Positions 40,395 through 48,954 of a stretch of DNA of 64,000 bases are shown one piece after another. Position 1 is the stretch's first letter. Each line of letters opens with the position of its first letter. Position numbers and translations under genes: made by a program. The stretch covers positions 1 to 64,000 of the forward strand of contig JASFQK010000014.1 of the NCBI GenBank assembly GCA_050115495.1, read 5' to 3'. The stretch is from Phycisphaerae bacterium (GTDB taxonomy: Bacteria > Planctomycetota > Phycisphaerae > UBA1845 > Fen-1342). The notes below the pieces were generated by a model. That model saw only the letters and a list, made by a program, of their open reading frames with translations, did no database searches and was not told where the DNA came from.

Positions 40395-40610
40395 TTACGG
40401 CAGGCGAGCCCTACCTCGCCCTGAATCCTCGTGTGCGATGCCCAGAATCAGCGCCACCCCCACCGCCAGCATGGCCAGCAGCGTGTCTTCCTTGACGGCC
40501 AGACCCACCTCCGCCGCGTACGCCGTCACGACCGTCGCCACCGCCACCTGCACCTTCCGACTCGCCAGCGGCCACAGCCACCGACGCCAGCCCGTCACCT
40601 TCGGCTCCAT
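40395..40610 (-). CDS. Small two-TM holin-like protein
   Basis: LASRKVQVAVATVVTAYA...LLAMLAVGVALILGIAHED (SRK-TM-TM-acidic pattern of small holins); GGGAG RBS. Confidence 0.6.
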   Translation of the reverse strand: MEPKVTGWRRWLWPLASRKVQVAVATVVTAYAAEVGLAVKEDTLLAMLAVGVALILGIAHEDSGRGRARLP

Positions 40611-40624
40611 CGCGTTCTCCCGTT

Positions 40625-41110
40625 TCAATCCTGCCGCACCGAAGTAGCCGCCTCTTCGGCGACGCACTTCCCCGCCTCGGCGGCGACGCCCTCACGCACC
40701 CGATCCACACGCCGCAGCACGTCCTTCAGCAGCAGGTCCACCACCGCCTGGTCGCTGGCCAGCTTCGCATCGACGCCAACTACGCGCAGCGCCCGCGCTC
40801 GCTCATGCTGCACCGTCCAGAACTCCAGCAGGTCCCGCTCGTTCCACGCCGCACTTAGCGCCGCCTGACCGGCCGCCCCTATCGGCGTACCGGCCTCGGC
40901 GAGCCGCGCGACCAGATCGCGGAACAGCAGCACGCGCAGCGCTTCCTGCTGCTGTTCGAAGACGGCCTGCGACACTTCGTCCGCCCGCTGCTGCGCCGCC
41001 ATGGCGATGCGCAACGACTCGCGCGTGCACCCGCCGGCCAGCCCGCCGAGCAGAACCAGAACCACCAGCAATCCGCCGGCACCGCACCTCGACCGCTCGC
41101 ATCGGTTCAT
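40625..41110 (-). CDS. Helical lipoprotein in the capsid operon
   Basis: Lipobox LAGGC then an all-helical body; GGAGGTG RBS; start overlaps the upstream stop (ATGA). Confidence 0.7.
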   Translation of the reverse strand: MNRCERSRCGAGGLLVVLVLLGGLAGGCTRESLRIAMAAQQRADEVSQAVFEQQQEALRVLLFRDLVARLAEAGTPIGAAGQAALSAAWNERDLLEFWTVQHERARALRVVGVDAKLASDQAVVDLLLKDVLRRVDRVREGVAAEAGKCVAEEAATSVRQD

Positions 41111-41421
41111 CCCACACCTCCCACCAGGCTCAGCAACCGCACGGCGCACACCACACCGTCGCGCCACTTCTCCGCCGCCACCGCTTCCGCCAGCCGCTGG
41201 GCCGTATCCCGCACCTCTTCGTGCGCAAGCCACCCTCCGGCCGGCGTATCCCGCGGCAGCTCCGCCGTCGTGTAATCCCGTGTCGTCGGCGTCTGCGCCG
41301 CCTGCCACCGCTGCCCCTCAATGAGCAGCGCATCGATCACATGCCGCGCCGCCGTCACGAACGCCCGCGCCGTCCCCGCGTCCACATTCTTCACCAACGT
41401 CTCAAGATCCATCACCGCCAT
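41107..41421 (-). CDS. Hypothetical protein in the capsid operon
   Basis: GGAGG RBS; 104 aa; translationally coupled to the lipoprotein. Confidence 0.7.
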   Translation of the reverse strand: MAVMDLETLVKNVDAGTARAFVTAARHVIDALLIEGQRWQAAQTPTTRDYTTAELPRDTPAGGWLAHEEVRDTAQRLAEAVAAEKWRDGVVCAVRLLSLVGGVG

Positions 41422-41481
41422 CCTCCGCCGAAAACGCCGCCCCTATGTCCCTTTGTTCCTTGACCCCTTTGCCCCTCCCAC

Positions 41482-41769
41482 CTAGACCAGCTCCAGATTC
41501 TCCACCTGCCTCGACAACCGCCCAAACCACTCCATCTCCGTCTGCCGATGCGAGCGCAGCTCTTCACGCAGCGCGACCAGCGCCTCCGTGTTATGCCGAA
41601 TCACGTCCAGCAGGTGATCGTTCAGCTCCACCACCTGGCTCGCCCGGCTGACCGCTTCACGCAGCGTGGTGGCCCCGCGCATCCGTTCCTGTCGCTCGAT
41701 CCACCACATGACGAAGAGCAATCCCGCCACGCCCAGCGACGGCAAATGTGCCAGAACGTCGCTGAGCAT
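41482..41769 (-). CDS. Single-TM coiled-coil protein (BhlA/UviB holin-like)
   Basis: SLGVAGLLFVMWW TM followed by a coiled coil (LLDVIRHNTEAL). Confidence 0.65.
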   Translation of the reverse strand: MLSDVLAHLPSLGVAGLLFVMWWIERQERMRGATTLREAVSRASQVVELNDHLLDVIRHNTEALVALREELRSHRQTEMEWFGRLSRQVENLELV

Positions 41770-42095
41770 CAGTCCACCAGCTCATACCAGACCGTGATCG
41801 TGTGCGCGCCGCTCGGCAGACCGAACGAATCCGTCAGCGCCAGCGCCTTGCCCCGGTCGGCGGACAGCCCGTAGCGCCGCCCGAACACGAGGTCGAGCGT
41901 GGTGTTCGCGGCCATCTGCATGTTCTTCAGCACGTCGCGCTCGTCGGGCCCGCTTGGGTCGCTGAGCAGCTTGAACGTCCCGCTCCCGCCCGTCGCCACG
42001 CACACCCGGGTGACCACGATGATCTTCCCCGGCACGCCCGGCACGAGCGTTTCCCTGAGCCTCGAACTCAAGTATTCGGCCATGAATACGGCCAT
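41769..42095 (-). CDS. Small beta-rich hypothetical (possible virion-type structural) protein
   Basis: GAAGGAG RBS; 108 aa with beta-strand pattern ending ITVWYELVD; stop overlaps the next start. Confidence 0.65.
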   Translation of the reverse strand: MAVFMAEYLSSRLRETLVPGVPGKIIVVTRVCVATGGSGTFKLLSDPSGPDERDVLKNMQMAANTTLDLVFGRRYGLSADRGKALALTDSFGLPSGAHTITVWYELVD

Positions 42096-42129
42096 CGTCC
42101 GTTCTCCTTCCTGCGGGCCGGGGCGTCGC

Positions 42130-42567
42130 CTACAGCCCGTCCAGCTCCTGCGTCGCGAAACCCTGTCGCCCGCTGCGGTAGCGAGGCGTGTCCTCCGCCG
42201 GCGTGCTGCCCGTGGGCAGCTCCACAGCCCCGCTGGCCACCCGCTGCAACCACCGCCGCGCTTCATCACCCAGCACGCGCACCCGTCCCGGCAGGTCGTT
42301 CACAAACGGCGACGCCTGCCACGCCAGGAACTCCGCCAGGTCCAGCACGCGCGACCGCAGCAACGTCGCCAGCTCCGGATGTGCCACCAGGTCCACCGGC
42401 GTCGTGTACTGCCGGCAGAGATAGCTGTCCGCCTCGGCCTCGGCCTCCGCACAGATCTCGCCGGCGACGGTCGAGTTCGGCGTCGTCCCGTTGACCCGGT
42501 CGGTCAGCCGCCCGTACAGCGTCGCCCCGAGGCGGGCGTTCAAATCCGATGCGCTGATGTACGCCAT
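42130..42567 (-). CDS. Mu gp36-like (DUF1320) head-tail adaptor
   Basis: MAYISASDL..R.G...LTDR...AEAEADSYL..QY..P...EARRWLQRVASGAVEL. Confidence 0.88.
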   Translation of the reverse strand: MAYISASDLNARLGATLYGRLTDRVNGTTPNSTVAGEICAEAEAEADSYLCRQYTTPVDLVAHPELATLLRSRVLDLAEFLAWQASPFVNDLPGRVRVLGDEARRWLQRVASGAVELPTGSTPAEDTPRYRSGRQGFATQELDGL

Positions 42568-42685
42568 CGCCCTCGTCCTCCATCAGAGCCCGCCCGATGA
42601 GGCGGGGCGGCCGGACGTCGCTTGCAGCAGACGAACGTCACGGCCGGCCCTCGCCTCCGGCGCGGCTCCCGGTCTCGATCGGGGA

Positions 42686-43609
42686 TCAACTGAAGGTTAC
42701 GAGGCAGGCGTCCTGCCAGAAGCCATACCCGGCCTCGTGGATCGCCTTCACCCCGTACTGGTGCTGGTTCTCGTTGATTTCGAGTTCGCTGCCCTCGGCC
42801 AGGGCCTGGACCTGCACGGGCAGCTCTTCCTGGAAGATGAACGGCCGCGACTCTCCGTCGGTGCGGAACACGGCGAACTGCGTCGTCCACGTCAGCCGCG
42901 GGTTTGCGGCCCACTCGACCTGGAACGGCTCGCCGACCTTCAGCGGGTTCGCCGTCCGATCGGTGCGGTCGGCCAGGGCCATCATCGTCGCCGCCCAGAA
43001 CGGCATCGGCACCATGACGAGGAAGCTCCGCGCCGCCTCGTTCATCGGCTCGCCCTGGTCATCGCGGAAGCTCAGGACCTGCCCGATCGCCGCCACGATC
43101 CCCGCGAACATCTCCTCGTCGGTCGGCGCCGTCGCGGTGGCAGCGTCGCAGCTCAGCGAGTTGCTCTGCGAACCCGAGTCGCCTTCGCTGTGCGTCGTGT
43201 CGAAGAACGCATTCCCGTCGTAGCAGGCCTCGCTCTCCCCGCTCAGCAGGAGAGCCGTCAGCAGCTTGTTCGGATGCGTGGCCACCCGGCGGGCCATCTC
43301 GTTCACCCGCACCATGATCTGGCCGGTCTTGTCCCGCCGCTGCTCGTCGGCGTCGACGCGAATGGTCGACTCCCACACCTTGTTCACGATGGTCACGCCG
43401 CTGGCCCGCAGCGGGCGCACCTTGCGACCGCCCTGCCACTCCCGCACCTGCGGCACCATGCCCAGCCAGCGGTACGTCTCCGCTTCCTGCGTGCTCACGA
43501 AATGCATCGCGAGCTTCGTCCACCACGCGCTCTGGGCGTATTCCTCGAGCCGCCGATAGAAGCGCCCGATGATCGCCCGAGACGTCAGCCCCGTATCCAC
43601 AATCGCCAT
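42686..43609 (-). CDS. Mu-like major capsid protein (gpT family)
   Basis: ETYRWLGMVPQVREWQGGRK...NKVWESTIRV...DKTG...CYDGNAFFDTTH...AGYGFWQ; intact 307 aa; AGGAG RBS. Confidence 0.93.
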   Translation of the reverse strand: MAIVDTGLTSRAIIGRFYRRLEEYAQSAWWTKLAMHFVSTQEAETYRWLGMVPQVREWQGGRKVRPLRASGVTIVNKVWESTIRVDADEQRRDKTGQIMVRVNEMARRVATHPNKLLTALLLSGESEACYDGNAFFDTTHSEGDSGSQSNSLSCDAATATAPTDEEMFAGIVAAIGQVLSFRDDQGEPMNEAARSFLVMVPMPFWAATMMALADRTDRTANPLKVGEPFQVEWAANPRLTWTTQFAVFRTDGESRPFIFQEELPVQVQALAEGSELEINENQHQYGVKAIHEAGYGFWQDACLVTFS

Positions 43610-43802
43610 CTGTCTCTCCTTGCACCCCTGAAAAGCCCCGTCGAAAAAGGGGACTGGCTCCGAGCCCCCAGGTTCCTAGTGCCGCCAAGACCGCCCGCGG
43701 CGAGGTGCCTGTCCCCTCTTTCGCGCCGGCAACGCAACGGCTGCCGAGCTGAAGGCACTCTGTCATCCCTCGTCCGCCACAGGGGGCGGACGCTACGGCG
43801 TC

Positions 43803-44543
43803 CTACGCCGCGATGTCCCGACTCAGAATGATCCACTCGCTCCCCGTGCACAGCAGGTGCACGCAGTCGTAGCGGGCGTCCATCGCCGCGTACGTGGCCG
43901 AGTTGTCGATCGTCTCGGCGGCGTTGCCGTCGAGCGTGATCGCCGCGGCGTCGGCCGATGTCTTCACCACGCGCAGCCAGCCTCCGGCCCGCACCGTGGC
44001 GACCGGCGGCAGGGTCAGCGTCCGCGCCACCGTGTTCCCCATCAGCAGCACGCGGTTCATGTGGTCCAGCGTCAGCGTGTGGTTGGCGTCGCTCAGCACG
44101 AGCGCCGGCCGCCCTTCCAGCACGCCGCTGAGCGCCGCGATCGGCTGGCAGCGGACGCGGGCCACGCCGCTACCGTCCGTGCCGACGATGCGCCCGACGC
44201 GCGAGTTCCCCGCCGGCGTGAGCGTCAGCGTCTCGTCGTCGCTGGCGTAGATGTCCTTGCCGACGTCGCCGAGGACGACGCCCGTCAAGGTGTGCACGAC
44301 ATCGATGCCCTGGTGCAGGCGAACCGACACGCCGCCGGCGGTGTGGCCGGTTGCGGTGTTGTCCGCCGCCCGATAGGCGATGCCCAGAAACTCATCCCCG
44401 GCGACGAGCGGCCGGGCGTACCCGGTCGACCGATTCCGGCCCACGAAGGCGTTCCGGTAGATCTTCACGTCGTCATCCACCGGGACGTCGATCAACTCCG
44501 CCGACGCGTAATACGCCACATCCCGATCCGCACTGAGTGCCAT
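43803..44543 (-). CDS. Capsid decoration/cement protein fused to a fibre-tip-like C-terminal domain
   Basis: N-terminal MALSADR...KIY...G...FLGIA...ADNT...DVGKDIYASDDET...RVGRIV (Mu-like head decoration type), then TLTLPP...VVKT.....ITLDGNAAETID...L.CTGSEW. Confidence 0.75.
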   Translation of the reverse strand: MALSADRDVAYYASAELIDVPVDDDVKIYRNAFVGRNRSTGYARPLVAGDEFLGIAYRAADNTATGHTAGGVSVRLHQGIDVVHTLTGVVLGDVGKDIYASDDETLTLTPAGNSRVGRIVGTDGSGVARVRCQPIAALSGVLEGRPALVLSDANHTLTLDHMNRVLLMGNTVARTLTLPPVATVRAGGWLRVVKTSADAAAITLDGNAAETIDNSATYAAMDARYDCVHLLCTGSEWIILSRDIAA

Positions 44544-44708
44544 GCCCGTTCTCCTGTGTCCTGCGATCCTCGTCCGGCCGGCAGTTCCGGCCGCACGCTT
44601 CCGTTCTGATTGCCGGCGGAGAAAGGGGACCGACGCCGCGCCCGACCGCCCTCGCCGTGGCCCACGCCAGACGCCCAGCGAGGGCCTGTCCCCTTCCTCA
44701 GCCGCCCG

Positions 44709-45848
44709 CTAGCGAATTCCGCTCAGCAGCACGCGGCCGCCCGCTACCGCCCGTGAGTACGCCGCCAAGTCTTCCGGCGTGACGCCCCACCGGCGAAACG
44801 TCTCGTCCTCGCGCCGCTGCTCGCGCGCCGTGTTTGCCACCGCCCCGCCGCGATCCCGCCGATCGAGAGCCTGCACGCGTCCCGGCGGCAGGATGACCGG
44901 CGCCCGCGTGAGGCGCTCTTCCGTCGCCGCCGCGTCGCGCAGGTAGTCCTCGCGCCAGTCCATGCTGGTGCTGTCGAGGATCTTGCCCTGCCGCAAGCCG
45001 CGTTCGACGAACGTGTCCGCCTCCTGCGTCGCGAGCCGCCGCCGCAGACGCGTGATTTCGGCTTCGGCCTCGGCCAGCGCCGGCGACAAGTCGTCTGCCG
45101 GCTCTTCCGCGCTGTCGTCCTCGTCGTCGAGGACGCTCTCGTCCGCGCCGCGGGCCGAGGCCGCCAACGGCGGAACGGCGCGCATCGCCGGATCGTTCGT
45201 CAGCGCCACGGGGCCGAGAGCGGCGAGGTCGCTGTGCTCCTCGTCCGTCCAGAAGATGACCGGCGAGAAGTAGCGGTACTCACCGCTGCGGAGCAGTTCG
45301 GCGGCGCGCTCGGTCCAGGTGACATCGATGGCCCAGAGGCCGTCGTCGCGGACTTCGAGTCCGCCGATCCAGCCCGCCGCCGGCCGCAACCCGTCGGCCC
45401 GCGTGTTGAAGCGATCGAAGCTCTGGTGTTCGTAGTCGATGGCGAGCTTTCGCCCGATGGATTCGAGCCAGCACTGGGCCGACTCGGCGTGGCGGCGCGT
45501 AAAGGTGAAATCGCCGCCGGCGCTGGCCCGTTCGACCTGCACCTGGCCGAACGGGATCAGCAGGAATTCGCGCACCGGCTCGCCGCCGGCCGCGGCCAGA
45601 CGCGTACATGCCAACAGCGAGCACGGACCGGCGGGCTGCTCGTCACTACCGACTTCCTGCGCGACTTCGAGCGCCGCGGCGCGGTCGGCGAGATCCGCCA
45701 GCACTTCACGCACGCGGCCCAGTTGCCCGGCCACGTCCTCCTGCACCAGCCCGGCCGCTTCGCGCAAACGCGTCAGAAGCTGCTCCCGCGCCACGTGCAC
45801 CAGCGGACTTGCCGTCTGCGTCCTGTCCTCGTTCACGGTTTGCTCCAC
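44709..45848 (-). CDS. Mu-like prohead protease/scaffold (gpI family)
   Basis: IDYEHQ, PAAGWI, GLWA.DVTWT.RA..L..GEYRYFSPV and ALTNDPAM, with a scaffold-like C-terminal helix. Confidence 0.9.
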   Translation of the reverse strand: MEQTVNEDRTQTASPLVHVAREQLLTRLREAAGLVQEDVAGQLGRVREVLADLADRAAALEVAQEVGSDEQPAGPCSLLACTRLAAAGGEPVREFLLIPFGQVQVERASAGGDFTFTRRHAESAQCWLESIGRKLAIDYEHQSFDRFNTRADGLRPAAGWIGGLEVRDDGLWAIDVTWTERAAELLRSGEYRYFSPVIFWTDEEHSDLAALGPVALTNDPAMRAVPPLAASARGADESVLDDEDDSAEEPADDLSPALAEAEAEITRLRRRLATQEADTFVERGLRQGKILDSTSMDWREDYLRDAAATEERLTRAPVILPPGRVQALDRRDRGGAVANTAREQRREDETFRRWGVTPEDLAAYSRAVAGGRVLLSGIR

Positions 45849-45869
45849 GGCTGAAACCTCACTTTCTAC

Positions 45870-46394
45870 TCAGGCGGCCCCGCTCTGCCGGGCTTGCGAC
45901 CGCCCCGCCCGACCACCGGCGCCGTTTCCGTTCCCATTCCCGTTCACGCCCGGCGACAGGCGCAGCGTCTCCACGTTCCCCTTGCCGTTGACCTGTCCTG
46001 TGCTGATGAACCCGTTCGCCTGGTAGAACCCGCGCGGATCGCCGGAGGTGATGTCCACCTTGGCTCGCACTTCGGTCGCCCGGCTGATTTGCAGCAGCAT
46101 GCTGCCGATGTGCAGGCCGCGATACGCCGGATGAACCAGCAGATTCACGAGCCGATGCCCGCGGGTCGTCACCGCCGCCCCGACGAGCACGCCGTCGAGC
46201 TCGGCGACGTACACCTGGTGGTACGGCCCACCGACGATCTCCGCCAACTGACCACGGCGGAAGAAGTAATCCCGCCGCAGGAAGACGTCGTAGAAGAACT
46301 GGAGCGGGGAGACGTCGCTCGACTCCGCCCGGCGGAGCACCAATCGCGCCGGACCGTCCGTTTCGTGAGCGTGCTGCGGATCGTCATGATTCAT
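45870..46394 (-). CDS. GNAT-family N-acetyltransferase
   Basis: VYVAELDGVLVG, LLVHPAYRGLHIGSMLL (motif A) and GFYQANGF; ATGA-coupled to the portal. Confidence 0.85.
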   Translation of the reverse strand: MNHDDPQHAHETDGPARLVLRRAESSDVSPLQFFYDVFLRRDYFFRRGQLAEIVGGPYHQVYVAELDGVLVGAAVTTRGHRLVNLLVHPAYRGLHIGSMLLQISRATEVRAKVDITSGDPRGFYQANGFISTGQVNGKGNVETLRLSPGVNGNGNGNGAGGRAGRSQARQSGAA

Positions 46395-47671
46395 GACTGA
46401 CGCCCCCCGTTCAGAACCGGCTCATCGCCGCGGGCTTCGGGGATGCCGAGCGCCCGGTGCACCCACTGCCGCGGCACGGCGAGGCCGAGATCGTTCACGG
46501 CCACCGCCAGCACATCCGCGAGCACCTTCGTGTCCACCGATTGCACCAGCGACCGCCGCAAGGTCGGCACTGCCACGCCCTCGCCGAAACGAGCCCGCAC
46601 CAACGGCGTGAGCAGATCACGGCGAATCGTGCGGCTCTCGGCAGCGATGTCGTTGACGAGCAGATCCTCGCGAACACGGTCGTGCACCTCGGCCGCCGCC
46701 CGCGAGCCCGATTGCCGTAGATCGGTAGTCAGGTGCTGGCCGAGCCAGAGGATGGTGACTTCGGTGTTACAGTATTCCTGAAGCGGTTCGTACGGCCGCT
46801 CGCCCTTGCTGCCGTCGACAAAGTGGAGTTCGACGTTCTTGGAGAACGCCGCCACGGCGTCGCTGCTGAGGGCGTCGAGCATCCGCAGCAGCTCCTGCTT
46901 GTCGGCCTCGGGCAGACCGGGCTCGAAGCGGGCGACGCGCAGGGGCATGCCGGCGATCTGCGAGAACGTCAGCCAGTCCTTAAAGCTCAGGTTCTGGGCG
47001 AGGAAGAGCACCGCCGACGCTCGCAGCAGACCGCCTTCGAAGTGACGGCCGGCGACGGGCTGCGGCTGGTGAACGATCCACTTGTTGGGCTGTTCGTCGA
47101 GGGCGACGCCGACGTCCGGTCGCTCGGCCGTGAGGACGCGCAGGCGCCAGGGCTCCTGCGGATCGCCGACGAGGCGGCCGTGCGGGACGGGCACGAGGTC
47201 GACGAGTTGGCCGGCCTCCCAGATGAGCTCGACCGCCGCGACGCCGGTCGCAATGGCGGACGCGAGGTGATCGAGGATTTCGGTGAAGTTGTCTAGTTGG
47301 GCGAGCGTCTCGCGGCAGAAGTCGGGGGCGCCGGTGGCGTCGGGTGACGCGTCCGCCGACGGCAGGATTTCCCAGTCGAGGCCGGTGAGGGCGAGTCGGC
47401 GGGTCTGCTCGACGGCGGCGAGGCGCGGCCACTTCTGCAGCATCTCGCGGAAGATCTCGAATTGGGCCTGGGGCCAGCCGGCGTCGGCGGCCTGGAGGCA
47501 GGCGACGAGGCGCTGGGGCGTGAGGCCGCGGGAGGGATACGTGTGCTGATTGTCGGCCCGCCAGGGACGGATCACGCGGCCGGGGCTGTCCGCCTCGCGG
47601 GGTCCGCGGGGCAGGAGCGAGCCGAGGGCCCGGAACAGGCCGGCGAGGACGTGCTGTGCGGGGTGTGCCAC
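46391..47671 (-). CDS. Mu gp29-like (DUF935) portal protein
   Basis: PSRGLTPQRL...ADAG...RRLALTGLDWEI...GLLR...KDW..F....GMPLR...ILWLGQHLTT...GSRAAAEVHDRVREDL; GTG start after AGGAG. Confidence 0.92.
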   Translation of the reverse strand: MAHPAQHVLAGLFRALGSLLPRGPREADSPGRVIRPWRADNQHTYPSRGLTPQRLVACLQAADAGWPQAQFEIFREMLQKWPRLAAVEQTRRLALTGLDWEILPSADASPDATGAPDFCRETLAQLDNFTEILDHLASAIATGVAAVELIWEAGQLVDLVPVPHGRLVGDPQEPWRLRVLTAERPDVGVALDEQPNKWIVHQPQPVAGRHFEGGLLRASAVLFLAQNLSFKDWLTFSQIAGMPLRVARFEPGLPEADKQELLRMLDALSSDAVAAFSKNVELHFVDGSKGERPYEPLQEYCNTEVTILWLGQHLTTDLRQSGSRAAAEVHDRVREDLLVNDIAAESRTIRRDLLTPLVRARFGEGVAVPTLRRSLVQSVDTKVLADVLAVAVNDLGLAVPRQWVHRALGIPEARGDEPVLNGGRQS

Positions 47672-47991
47672 GGTCGTCTCTCCTGGTGGGCCAGTCGGCG
47701 GCGTGCCGCGGCCTCACACGAGAAAGGATAGCACGAGAAGATAGGAATGCTAGGATACCCGGTTGGTTTGTCGTGGGCTGGCGTGGATTGCGCTGTTCTG
47801 GCGGGGATTGGTTGGGGGGAAGGAGCAGAGGGGCAGAGGAACAAAGGAGCAAAGGGGACTGCGGTCGGGAGCGGGTTGGCGGAGGGGGCGGTTGTTGGCG
47901 ATCGACGGCCGACACGGAGGTCGGCCGCTACGTTGCGCGGCGAGCGTCGCTCGGTATTCGACGTCGGCCACGGGGGGCCGACGCTACGGGG

Positions 47992-48074
47992 TGTGGCATG
48001 CCGAAGCGTAGCGCCGGCATGTCCTTCGCTCGCGTCAAGGAAGACATGCCGGCGCTACGCTTCGGCATGCCACA
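47992..48074. repeat. REP-like palindrome family A (other copies 52202-52285, 56443-56527, 60000-60087)
   Basis: TGTGGCATGCCGAAGCGTAGCGCCGGCATGTC ... GACATGCCGGCGCTACGCTTCGGCATGCCACA; long inverted arms; intergenic only. Confidence 0.85.
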
Positions 48075-48120
48075 TACCCACCGGATGCAATCCGGTGCCA
48101 CAATGTGCAGAGGTCGGCCG

Positions 48121-48927
48121 CTACGGGAAGTAGATCCACCAGGGAGGTTCGAGGGATTCGGGCAGGGACCAGCCGGCGAGCGCCATCGCGGCCAGGGTGC
48201 ACACCAGCGCGATGGCCAGGACGCCGAACGTTGGCGCTGTATTTGTTACCTGGGTACGGGCGAAGGTCCGCCATAACAGGAGCGCGTGGATCAACGGCAC
48301 AGCCGGCCAGGCGAAGGGCACGCCCACCGCGAAGTGAGGCACCAACAGGAGCAGCACGACCGACGGCCGAATCCCCTTCGCCGTCAGCATCGGCAACATG
48401 TAGAGCCACGCCCGCAGGCGCTGGTGCCAGCTTGGACGGGCAACGTGGAGGACTTCCGGCAAGGTGAGTAGTGGCATCGCTCCCGCCGCCGACAGGAGGA
48501 TGGTTCCGACGAAGCGTGGCGTCCAGACGTAGAGGGCGCAGCGGGCTGCCGCCGCCGGCGAGGCCCCCGTCCAGACAGCGACCGCGACGGCGAGGAGCGC
48601 CGCGGCGGCGAGGCAGTTCCACAGTGTCCCCACGACGGCCATGAGAATCGCGGCAGACAGAGGGCCGTTGACGTCCAAACGTTTCAGCAGCCGCGTCGCG
48701 GACACTGACCCGAAGGCGAGCACCGCGAGGCTGCGGATGAGGACCTGGTGCGGTTGCCAGAGGTCGGCGCGGTCGAGCCAGGTCGGGATGTTCTCGCGGA
48801 GCATGCCGCTGGCGTATTCTTCTGCAGTGAACTGGAAGCCGCATTCGGGACAACGCGGCTCGGCGAGGCCGCGCAGGCAGTAGCGGCAGCGTGGGCAGAG
48901 CACTTCGCGTTCGACGGCGTCGGCCAT
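48121..48927 (-). CDS. Membrane protein with an N-terminal zinc ribbon
   Basis: CPRCRYCLRGLAEPRCPECG followed by several TM segments. Confidence 0.75.
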   Translation of the reverse strand: MADAVEREVLCPRCRYCLRGLAEPRCPECGFQFTAEEYASGMLRENIPTWLDRADLWQPHQVLIRSLAVLAFGSVSATRLLKRLDVNGPLSAAILMAVVGTLWNCLAAAALLAVAVAVWTGASPAAAARCALYVWTPRFVGTILLSAAGAMPLLTLPEVLHVARPSWHQRLRAWLYMLPMLTAKGIRPSVVLLLLVPHFAVGVPFAWPAVPLIHALLLWRTFARTQVTNTAPTFGVLAIALVCTLAAMALAGWSLPESLEPPWWIYFP

Positions 48928-48954
48928 GCGGGAATGGTACGGGCGGCCGAGCGG

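Noticed and set aside
40395..47671. Complete Mu-like prophage
   Set aside because: No transposase, repressor, terminase, tail or endolysin genes, and no prophage boundaries in the flanks.
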